Shown here one piece after another: positions 25,807 to 40,290 of a DNA stretch of 64,000 nucleotides. This stretch comes from Adineta vaga (lineage: Eukaryota > Animalia > Rotifera): contig CP075496.1 in assembly GCA_021613535.1 (NCBI GenBank), forward strand, positions 4,154,001 to 4,218,000, written 5' to 3'. Under the pieces are notes generated by a model. That model saw nothing but the letters and a program-made list of their open reading frames with translations. It was not told the DNA's origin and made no database searches. Both the position numbers and the translations under genes were made by a program. Every line of letters starts with the position of its first letter. Position 1 is the stretch's first letter.

Positions 25807-27538
25807 ATGTGCGTACGAAATAAAAATATCCTTAAACTGGTGCACTAGAAGAAAAATGAATAATACCTGCCCTCGGGGCATGCAATCATGTACGGTCATC
25901 TTGTAACTAATAATACAGATGAATATCATTAGACAGATGAAAATCATTAAGAATTGAAAAGAAAAGAATTGAACTTGTTTTTACGAACCTGATACTGATC
26001 TAATATCATCAACGTCGTCATCGTCATTGTCCAGATCTTCGATATCAGTAATGGATGAAAGTCTTGATCGTGCTGATATAAAAGAAAGAGTTGGTGATAA
26101 TGAACGTTCGGTTTGAATTGTTTTTTGTTTGTAGATCTAAGTAAGAAAGACAGATTTAAAATATGAGAATGACAAAATATCAAAGACAAATTACTGGAAT
26201 AGGAGTTGTGATATCTCGATCTGATGAATTCATATAGGTTAATGATGCTATTGGTCGATATTTATGAAATTCAATCGAACGATTGACAGTTGCTTTTGTA
26301 TAAAATAACGGATTTATTTTTTGTAAATCTGCTCGTTTAAGTAATGTGACATTATATTCTGTATTGATTTGTGCTACATCTTCAATACTAGGTGTTGGCG
26401 AATTGATTTGTATTGCATCATCATCATCATTAACTTCAACGATTTTCTCTAATGTTGGTTGAGTAGATATTTGCCGATAATTAGGAGGAAAGATTATTTG
26501 TTCTTGTGTATTTATATAAGTAAATGGTAATGATATTGTTAAACGAGAAGGTTCTTGAATTGATTGAAATTGTTGAATAATTCCAGTGGGAGTAATTGGT
26601 CCTGAAAAAAATCAATGTAGTTCAATAACAAAAAAGGAGAAAAAAAGAGATAGTTTCTAACTTGATGGAATTTCATCGAAATCACTCAAATTTGCTGTTT
26701 CGATCGTATCGTCTGAACGTTGATCGAAATTAAACGAACTTTCATTGTCATCATCATTGTCACTGACATTGTCATATACTGATGATGTTTCTATGAAATT
26801 TTCCGGTCTTGATTCATTGAAGGACGCCGTTCGAGCGAGACTGGTACGTCGTTCATTGGCCAAACGTTGTGCTTCTTGTAAATACAAAACGCTTTTACGT
26901 CGAACTTCATTATCAAAAAGACGAGGATTAATAGCAGAAGTATCTGTTCTATTATCTTCCATTTCATTGAGAAGTAATGATGAACTAGGACTACAACCAA
27001 GATTATTCTTAATATATTCTAATTCATCAATTCGTTCTTGCATTTGTTTCTGTTGCCAATCAATCCAAAATCTAGAAACACGAGGAAATACATATCCTAT
27101 AGAAATAATTCTTGTTTTTAACCTTTCAGGAATATCATGTGCTCGTCCGAGAATTTTTGATGATAAACCAAATCGTTGTGTAGGTACTGATGATGTTGTT
27201 GAACCACTCGTACTCTGTTGATGTGCATAAGTTGGCATATTTCCATAATGACCAGTCGAATTTGGTGTTATTGATGAAAATGGTGAATAGGGTGATGTTA
27301 TCGGATAAAGTAGAAGATCTGGTACTACTTCTTTTTGAAGTTCTCGAACGCGTTCAGCTAATTGATGATATTGATGTTTTTGGCATGTTTCATTTGCCTG
27401 TGTTGCAACTGTTGATATATCTGCTAACGCATTTCGACGTATTGTTCGTTTCGGTTCCGATCGTTCCTTTATTGATGATTTTCCAAGTTCTCTCGACTGA
27501 TCAGCTTGTTGGACACGTGAACATCGATTACTTGCCAT
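22714..27538 (-). CDS. Large Ser-rich disordered protein (~1299 aa, 6 exons) with a C-terminal hydrophobic tail; function unknown
   Basis: Exons 27538-26662, 26601-26195, 26136-25989, 25347-24413, 24324-23387 and 23308-22714 have GT-AG boundaries and consistent phases. They sum to 3900 nt and link four separate track ORFs. Confidence 0.65.
25774..25806. repeat. Compound (TA)n(TG)n microsatellite in an intron
   Basis: Seen directly. Confidence 0.85.
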
Positions 27539-28026
27539 TGATAAAACTTTTCAAATGACTAATATGATTATTTACAATGATCATATAATTGAATAATAAA
27601 AAACTAAGAAACAAAACACGCTTCATATACAATGAAATCGAAAGTAATACTCTCATGTCTTTACTTTCTTCTTTTTCTTTTTATAATATCAAACAGGTAT
27701 GTCTAATTATCCCATCATAAACTCATCAAGCACTTGTATCAATAACTTACTTTAGTCAAATTACTCCTTTCAATAGATCCCACGAAGTATTTATGAAGGT
27801 TTTTATTCATCGAAAAATGTATAGTACTATTCAATGTTTCAACATTGTTCTATTTTGTGTCATTATCATGCAGCAGATGGTATTGATAGATAGTTAACTA
27901 GTCGTTCTTTTCTATTTATTTTTCTTTTCAAAAGAGAAAAAAAAAGGAAACCATCGGACTTTGTGAGAAACAATTTAAATGAATAACAAGAATAATAAAA
28001 GAAGAAAAGTCCGATCGGTCGAAAAA

Positions 28027-30975
<2,949 letters not shown>

Positions 30976-31184
30976 TCAATTTCTTACTTGGATGGAAAAA
31001 AAGAACATTCAAAAAAAACAACTACAATCTAGAGATAAACAAGAGAAAAATCGATAAAAATAGAAAGATTTTCTTGTTTTAGTGATTTATTTTTTCTTTA
31101 AAAGAATTTTTTTTTCTATAACCGGAATAAAAGTCTCAGTTCGGATGACATGAAAGAATCTTTTTCATTATGTTTTCTTCTTTT

Positions 31185-34100
31185 TCAACTACTCTTGTTG
31201 AGTTTTAAAAGTGCAAATTCTTCAGCTAATTGCACACAACGATCTAATTGTTTAGCATCACAATTTGCTCCTTGGGCTTGAGTATCTTTACCACCACCAC
31301 GTCCATTAGCTTCTCCAATAACTGTTTTAACCCATTCATCAGCTTTCAAATGTTTCTCTTTAACTTGAACCTATAAAAAAATAACAAGAACAAAATAATC
31401 GTTTTTTTCGTCATTTCGGATTAACATACATCTGGAACATTTGCAAGACAAACAAATTTATCTGTGCTATGATCAACACTAAATAACATAACAGCAACAT
31501 CAGTATTTTGTGTACGGAGTTGATTGATAACTGTGCTTAAAGTTTTCGTATCATTTCCCATTTCGAAATTAGCAATTAAACATTTACGATCAGGATATTT
31601 AGTAAGAATTTCTCGACATTGTTCCACAGCTTTATGAATTTGATTCTTACTATCAGCTTTTTCAATTTCAATTAAGATAGTTTTCAATTCTTTTAATCGA
31701 TTACGTTGACCTTCACGACGCCATTGTGAAATACTTGCATGAGAAATATCACTATCGAATTGAGAGATTTCTTTGTTGAATGTTAATCGTGATGAGATCG
31801 TTGTATTACTTGATGATGAAGCTTCACGAACACGACGATTTAAATCTTCAAGTAAATCATCAAGTTGATCAGCTTTTTTATTACACTAGAAGAAGAAAAA
31901 TGTTCATAATTCATGAAACTAACGTCTCTTAAACTTTGAATTCTCTGTCATTGATTAGCTGAAATATGCTCTTTATCGAAGGTAGTCTTACTTTTTCTGC
32001 TTCGGGACCAGTAACAGCAACTACTCGTCGAATACCTTTGGCAATAGCTTCTTCTGTGACAATAACAAGACGATCGACATGTTTACTTGTTTTTAAATGA
32101 GTACCACCACAAAATTCAACTGAATATTCACGTCCATCGGCTTTTGGTGGTCTAGTAAGTAAATCATCAATTGATACACCAATGGAAACAATTCGTACTG
32201 GATCGGGATATGTTTCATCAAAAACAGCACGTAGACCTTCGATTTGTTTAGCTTCAGTTAATGATGCATCTTTAGCATAAACTTTTAATGATTTTTCAAT
32301 GGTTTCATTACAAACTGTTTCAGTTCTTTTAAGATCATCAGGTGTCATAGCTCCTTTCGAACTAAAATCGAAACGTAAACGATCTGGTGCAACTAACGAA
32401 CCACGTTGATCAACAGTATCACCAAGAACAGAGCGTAAAGCAAAGTTAAGTATATGTGTACCCGTATGATTTTTCATGATTAAATTTCGTCGAAGATCAT
32501 TAATTGTTAAACGAACTTTATCATTAACTGACATTTTACCTTCAACTTTGCCAACATGAAGAATATAACCACCACGAACTTGAACATTACGAACCTAAAA
32601 TTAAAGGAAATAAATTTAACACAAAAAGTTCAATTTGAACAAAAGTTTTACTCATAGGAAGAAATATTTACGATTAAAATGTAGTTCGTGAACAACTTAA
32701 CTCATAGAATGTTCAACGGAGAATTTCATATTCATGAAAATGACAAACTGATAATTAGGAAATAAGGACTATCGTGCTCGAATAAGATCACATTTCATAC
32801 TTGAAATTCGACATTTTCATCGTCCTCTTTAACAATATAGCCTTCATCATACACTTGTCCACCAGATTCAGCATAAAAACATGTTCGATCAAGTACAAGT
32901 CCACATTCCTCTCCTGAATTCACTGAATCAACAAATTTTGATTCACTACGAATTGCTAAAACTGTTGCTTGTAATGATGGGAAAACTAAAAAAATGAAAT
33001 TTAAATTCATTTTTTTCTCATACAAAATTCTTTTTCTTACCATATTTTCCCTGTTCATCACAATCATAATCATATTTTGATAAATCATCTGTTACTTTGA
33101 TACTTTTCGATTGTTTCAATTCATCAATAGCGTGTACATCAAGTGTACATTGAACTAAATCGAAGAAAGAAAGAATTCTTCGAAATCCAAACAAAACAAT
33201 GACTCACCTTGAGCTTGTTCGCCACCGGTCTGTTGTGAAGCAAGTAATGATTTTTGTTTAGCTTCTTCAAATAAATTCATATCAAATGTTAAACCACGTT
33301 CTTCACACATTAATTGTGTTAAATCAGCTGGAAAACCATATGTATCATATAAACGCCAAACGATATCACCTACAAAGGACAAAGTATTGTAAATTTTTAT
33401 TGAGATAGTTACATTAATCAAGAAATATTTACCAGGAAATGTCGTCGTATCTTTTAATGATGTAATTGTTTTATTTAATAGACGTTGACCACGTGTTAAT
33501 GTACGTAAAAATTGTTCTTCTTCATCATTGATAATATCTTTAACTATTTGCGGATCTTTACGTAATTCAGTAAAGAATGAACCAAGACTTTCAACAACAA
33601 CATCAACGAGTGATGCAAGAAACCAGGTTTAGCTTGTAATTTTTCGTTGGCATATCGAATACCACGACGAAGAATACGACGAAGAACATAGCTAAATCAT
33701 ATCAAAATCTATGAATTTATAATCACGCAAAGATAAAGATTCGAATATAATATGTTCTAGATATTATATGCTGATTTTTACATATCTACATCTCTAATTT
33801 ATCTGCATCATTCGGCTATACAACTACTAATTTCATGCTGAAGAGAAATGCAATCAAGTCTTGTGATTATATTACGAAATAGAAGTCATAAATTAACATG
33901 AAATGAATATGAAGAGTTCTGCATCATTGATACTATTGAACGGACGTTATTGTACATTATAACGTACTTTAATAACGATTGAAAAAAGAATGACCGTCAC
34001 GCAAGAGAGCATCGTAAACGAATAAGAGTCAATGAAATAAAAGAAGAGGTATGCTCTTATTGTTACTCCTTCTACACGACATTCTTCAAATCCAATCCCA

Positions 34101-35299
34101 TACTCACCCACGTCCTGTTTTATCAGGTCTTCCACCATCTGTTATTGCAATTGTCAATGTTCGAATATGATCAGCAACAACTCGATAAGCCATATCCATT
34201 TTATCTGTATCATCATTACCCACTTTACCTGTATATGGTCGTACACCAGTTCCCTAGAAAGAAAACTTCCATTCAGTAATTCATAACTCTTCTAAAACTC
34301 TATATCTACTTGTTCAATAGCAGCAAATATTGGAAGAAATATATCCGTATCATAATTTGAACGTTTATCTTGAATAACTGATACTAATCGTTCAAAACCC
34401 ATACCCGTATCAACATGTTTCGATGGTAATTCACGTAATGAACCGTCTTTTTCTCTAAATAAAACAAGCAAGCATAATTTTTTTCTAAGAACAAAATTTG
34501 TTTATAGACCTGTTAAATTGTATAAACACCAAATTCCAAATTTCCAATACATCTGGATCATCACAATTGACTAGATGAGCTGCATTTCGACCACCACCAA
34601 TTCGATCATAATGAATTTCTGTACATGGACCACAAGGACCTGTATCACCCATTTCCCAAAAGTTATCTTTCATATTACCCGGAATAATATGATCGTCAGG
34701 TAAACTAAAAACAAAAATCGAAATAAAAAAATTTCAATTGTACATTCTGAATCGATTGATTTACTATTTTTTCCAAAGATTCTGCGTTTCTGTATCAGGT
34801 TGAAGATTACTCTTTGCACTTCCTTCAAAATAAGTTGCATATAAACGACTAGGATCCAATTTAAATACATCAACAAGTAATTCCCATGCCATGGCAATTG
34901 CTTGTACTTTAAAATAATCACCAAATGACCAATTACCAAGCATTTCAAAGAATGTATGATGATAAACATCTTTTCCAACATCATCTAAATCATTATGTTT
35001 ACCACCAGCACGAATACATTTTTGACTATTTGCTGTACGTTTGTATTTTCCCATGTCACTATTCGGATCAGCTGTGCCAAGAAAACATGGTTTGAACTAG
35101 AAATACAATGATACAAATCATCTAAATGCTAAGATGAAATGTAAATGATTACTTGATTCATGCCAGCATTAGCGAAAAGTAATGTAGGATCATCCAATGG
35201 AATAGTTGATGATGAATGCACATACAAATGTCCATGTTTTTTTGTAAAAAAGTCGATATATATTCGACGAATTTCGGAAGCAGACATTGAAGTTGCCAT
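31185..35299 (-). CDS. AARS1: Alanine--tRNA ligase, multi-exon; apparent 1-nt deletion at ~33621
   Basis: [52 protein letters not shown], editing motifs NHTGTH and EFCGGTH, GRGGGK near the C-terminus. Confidence 0.97.
33750..33853 (-). ncRNA. Candidate intronic box H/ACA snoRNA in the AARS1 intron 33692-34107
   Basis: On the minus strand: hairpin (TGCAT/ATGCA, TTCAGC/GCCGAA), then H box AGATAA, then a second hairpin (TAGA/TCTA, ATATG/CATAT), then ACA followed by 3 nt. Pocket spacing is imperfect. Confidence 0.35.
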
Positions 35300-36437
35300 G
35301 TTTTGTCGCGAAAGAGAAAGATAGATGGTTTATTCACTCGATTGATATGAATGACCTATTTAAAGAAAAAGGAATGTGTGATGCAATGTTCGTAATTGAA
35401 ATGACGAGAATAAAATAATAACAGATATTTATTTTAGATATGACATGTTTTATAAATAGTAAAAAATGAATGATGCAAGGATCATTACAATTATAGCGAT
35501 GGATGAAAAATGGATTTTAAATCGATAATAAAATCGATGAATAAAAATACGAATGATGACGAAGTTGATCGAACTAGAGAAAACAACGAATGAGATAATT
35601 TTGAGACTAGATGGCGTCTTTAGCTTGTCTTCTGTTAAAATGATGTAATATATTTACAGTTCTTCGAATGATGTGATTTCAATGTCAAGATCAGATTATG
35701 TAACATACATCCCACTTATGATAGAAAGGATTCGAATGAACTGTTATTTTAATTTCATATAAGAACCACTTTGATCAAGGTATTTCTTCAAGTTCGTGCT
35801 TTATAATGTTTGAATACATGATATGTTTAAGAATTTTATTTCGGTATTTATTCGAAATATTCATTGAAGCCTTCCTTCTAATCGCAATCAATTAATTAAT
35901 TAATTAATTAATAAGAACAAACATATTCCGTCATTCTTTGAACTTTTAATAATGATAATTATAGACTGTAATGATTAAATAACTATATCATTATATGAAG
36001 TATAAAACCTTTCAAAAAGTATCATTATTTCTAAATAAAAAGTCAAGTGCATTTAACTACAAAGAAAAAAGACAGAAAATTTGTTTTCTTCTTAATATAA
36101 CATAAGATATATATATCTTTTTACAAACTGAGCATTTACCGAAAGTAAAATAAAATATTTCTTAATCTTAAGCAAGACGTACATTTATAATCCGTATGTT
36201 ATATAGAGTTTAAATAGTAAAACATATATATCCGTAAGACAAGATAAGAAGAAGAAAAAAGATTTTATTCAGGATTTTCTTAACATAATGCAAATCGATT
36301 CTGGACAAGTATTTTTTTTTTGCTTCAATCAAAAATGAATAATAAATAGGTGAATAGATAACAACAATAAGAATTGCTGTAACAAAAACGAATACACATT
36401 ATGTATATACACACTTATATAAATCTAGATAGAATTA

Positions 36438-37978
36438 TTATCTCAGCACCACTTGTTGTTGATCTGAAGATTTTGTTCGTGGTAATTCATTAATAAATGA
36501 TTGCAGATTTTCGAAATATTCCGGCATTAATGGTAGATCATTATGTTTACCAAATGGATATTCAAATAGATGACGTTTGCGAGCTGAACGTGTTTCATTA
36601 TATAATGTATTTGACATCCAAGTGGGAATAATAGGATCAAGTAAACCGGTTAAATAAATACATGGACATTCTATACGACGTACTTTAGGTAATGAATCAA
36701 ATAGATAGATAAAACCAGTTGATTTTGTTACACCAATAACACTTTTAGCGTATGTTAGAAAATATTTCGCAATTTCTGGTACGGATATAAAAGCATTTTC
36801 AAAAATAGCTACTTGAACACGATTTAATGGATCACTAACAAGTTGAATGGCAACAGATGCACCAAGACTAGTACCAAAAACGATGATATTAGTTGGTGAA
36901 ATTTTTTGTTTGTATATCAAGTAATCATATGCCGTTTGTGCATCGATATAAAGGCCAAGTTCTGTTGGTGAGCCGGAACTTTTTCCAAAACCTATTTAAT
37001 AGATAATTAGAAATAATCTATTATCATCGAATAATGATAAGAAATCATCTACTAATACGATTATTTATATAACCTTGTTGACTAGATAACAAAAAAAGAT
37101 GATAATTAGAATTCTCTCGACTTTGACATTGAGTGTTCGAGAAAGACTCGTTTTTTTCTTATCTAAGACATCTTAAAATTCCATGAGAAAGTAAATTTTC
37201 ACACATCAATAATAAATATCTAGTTGATAGTAAACACATACCTCGATAATCAATGATCAAAATATTACAATGAAAATTTTCATAGAAAAGTCGTAGAACT
37301 TCTAAACGATGAGAAATATTTCCACCTGCACCATGTAAATATAATAATGTTGTAGTTGATGATATTTGTTCATTGGAATGATAGATCCAATAAGCATGAA
37401 TATATTCTCCATCGAATGTTTGTAAATAAATCGATTGATACTCCATATTAAAATCTTCAGGTGTACGTTCTAATATATGAGTATTTTCAGGTTCATGATT
37501 AGAAAAAATATGTTTACTCTGAAGATTTTCTGTCATCATTCCTAGAAGATTCAGAAAGATAATAAAAATATAAAAATAAAACTTCTATTTCATTATATTT
37601 ACCAAAAAGACCTTTGTCTTTTCGTACACATGAATGAATATAATCTAGTTGCTTCAATAGCTGATTTTCTCCTTCATTGTTTGTATTAGTCGTTGTTGAT
37701 ATTCCATCCTCGGGAGAATTTTCTGCTAGAGGTAATCCACAACGTAAAGCACGAATATCAATTATTTCAGCATCACTTGGAGCAATTGATCTTGGTCTTG
37801 GTAATGAAATATGTTTTTTTGTACTACTATTTGTACTACTATTCATTAACGTTGTACTTCGAGTATATTCTCGTAAACTACGAGATTTCTTTAATTTTGG
37901 ATAGTGAGACGTTTCACTTTTAGTTGTCGTTGCTGTCTCAGATTGCGTTGGATTTGTTTGCGGTAAAGTATTTCCCAT
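36438..37978 (-). CDS. ABHD13: Alpha/beta hydrolase, ABHD13/Bem46-like, with an N-terminal MG (possible myristoylation) extension; 3 exons
   Basis: LYLHGAGGNISHRL, IDYRGFGKSSGSPTELGLYIDA, nucleophile GTSLG, acid DPIIP, His GKHND. Confidence 0.8.
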
Positions 37979-39501
37979 GTTAATTATGATAAGAACACAA
38001 AAAAATATCTAAAATAATAAATATACATAAATGTATTACAGATAAACTAAGATCGATCGCCGCTTTTCTCTTTTACTATTTTCACTCGTTGGATCTAATA
38101 TAATTGACGAATAACTGTCACGTTCTTATGCCGGATCGATCGAATCTATTTCATTATTATCGCAATGATCGAACGTACAAACGAAAGAAATGCATGACAT
38201 GACAAAAACTAAGAGGAAAAGATCATTCTGTATATCTTCCATTGGCAAATAAACGTACATATCTATCAGGAACTACTAACTTCTATCAAGGATTTTATTA
38301 GTGGTAGATTATTAACTATACAAACGAATGATATTGATAAAAAAATAAGGAGAAAATGAACGACATTGATGTTTAGATCCGATTTCAGTTAGATGAATGA
38401 ATGAATAGCTTACTACTAATCACGATCTTTGCAGAATGATGGAACGATCTTCTTCTATGTATACTGTCATTGGAAGTTTGTTTCACTGTCTCTCCCTTTT
38501 ACTCATCCACAAGCATTTACGACAACGAGTGTGTCAGTCTGCTGTTGTTTTCTTCTTTCTGCAGTTTTTTTTTCTTCTCGCTCGTTTTCTCCTTCGCTCT
38601 CTTTCTCTCATTTTTCTTTACCCCTAGAGTCGACATGTTGCCTTATTTTATGGGTTCTTTTTTTTGCTAACGCCATCCGACAAACGAACAAAAAATTGCG
38701 AGTGCTCGTCTTGTATTAGTTACAACATAAAACGTACAAAGTACGTTTGATAATACAAATAAAAGCTTTGTAAAAAAAAAGAAAGAAAAAAAATCAAAGG
38801 AAAATTTTCTTCTCCTGCCAGTAATTGCTTCCTTATAAAACTATAAAATACCATGCTAGAAAATATATCCGGTGAGTAAAAAAAAGAGAAACTGAAACAA
38901 AGACGAATAAATCTATGTATGTATAATCATAAAAAAAATACCTATGGCATTTTTTTTTCTATAGATGTAAGTATTTGCAATTCGATCTCCTGTCGACGTT
39001 TTCGGTGTTGGATCAACTGAAGTTTCGGTGATGAGTGAGAGGGAGAGAGAGAAAGAAAGGAAAAAAGAGAATCTTACCGTAGTATGTATACAATTTAATC
39101 AACGTCATAAAAAACCAGAGAAAGAAGAGAATAATGTTGATTCTATTCGTTTTTAATCAAATTGTCGAGGGAAAAAATAAGTCGTTTGAAATTGAAAGAA
39201 GAAGAAATGTTTCATTTTGATATAGTTGTAAATTATCAAGCGTCGTTCAATTATAAATACGTCTGACACGTGCAATTGTTGTTGTGTAAGAAAACGATGT
39301 TCGTTTACCGTTCGATAGAGAGAGAGAGACAGAGAAAAAGGATCATATACAAGTGTAAGCGATAAATAATGATGATGAGAACAACATGGTGACACGTTCA
39401 TTTCTTTACTCATCATATTGCGACATCAAATCGAGACAAATGTACATTGTAAAATGATAGATAGATAAGATTCGTCGCTTTTAATACATTCATATTGCAT
39501 A

Positions 39502-40290
39502 TCATTTATATGCTTCATAGATTTTTCCATTTCGAAGTTTAACATTTTCATTCCAATCTAATTTCATTCGATCAATAATTTGATCAAATTGTTCTGCAAC
39601 ATTCTCATAACAATATGTACCAGATATATGACCATTATCGATTCGAATATCTCGTATTGAATCGCTCATAATTGAACTGGTTTCTTTTATTACATCAACA
39701 ATATTTCGAGCTAAATGTGCAATTGATCTTTCTTTTCCACGAGCTGTTTGAATAAAAGCAGCTAACAAGGATACATCTGTATTTGTTTCATATTGTCCAA
39801 GAAAATAACGAATTGCTTGGCCTTTCGATAGATTAATACTCGCTTCAGTTATAGTTAAATTTTGTGTATCATTAAGTACACATCGTAATGGATGTAAAGC
39901 AAGAATAGATCGATTTTGTGGTAGAAATTCTCGTGTCTGTTTAATAGCATATGCAAGAATTTGTGCTTCATGAATATGATCAACATGGAAATTGGTTGAA
40001 ATTGAATCATTATCCATTAATTCTAATTTATTTTTAGTATATGGATCTGTATTTTCATATCGTTGAACGATCGTTTGAATACATGATTGATTCGAACGTA
40101 AATCATTTTTACGTAAGTAAGATGTTAAATCGAATACGAATTCATTTGATTGGACTGATTTTGTTTCATTGAATTTTTGTTGTAAAAGAAATTTCATGTG
40201 AAATTTACTCGAGCAATGTTGAGCATAATTTCGTTTTTGTATTGTTTTTCCACATTCGCAAGTCATTGGCTGTCGAGGATTGGTTGTCAT
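39502..40290 (-). CDS. Intronless zinc-finger + HNH-endonuclease-like protein (262 aa)
   Basis: CECG-x10-H-x5-H finger; DPYT; FHVDHIHEAQ ... NDTQNLTITEASINLSKG (DH..N..N pattern); C-terminal VKLRNGK. Confidence 0.6.
   Translation of the reverse strand: MTTNPRQPMTCECGKTIQKRNYAQHCSSKFHMKFLLQQKFNETKSVQSNEFVFDLTSYLRKNDLRSNQSCIQTIVQRYENTDPYTKNKLELMDNDSISTNFHVDHIHEAQILAYAIKQTREFLPQNRSILALHPLRCVLNDTQNLTITEASINLSKGQAIRYFLGQYETNTDVSLLAAFIQTARGKERSIAHLARNIVDVIKETSSIMSDSIRDIRIDNGHISGTYCYENVAEQFDQIIDRMKLDWNENVKLRNGKIYEAYK

Noticed and set aside
33800-33930. Box C-like ATGATG motifs in the AARS1 intron (C/D snoRNA)
   Set aside because: They read ATGATGC rather than RTGATGA, and there is no appropriately placed CTGA box D.
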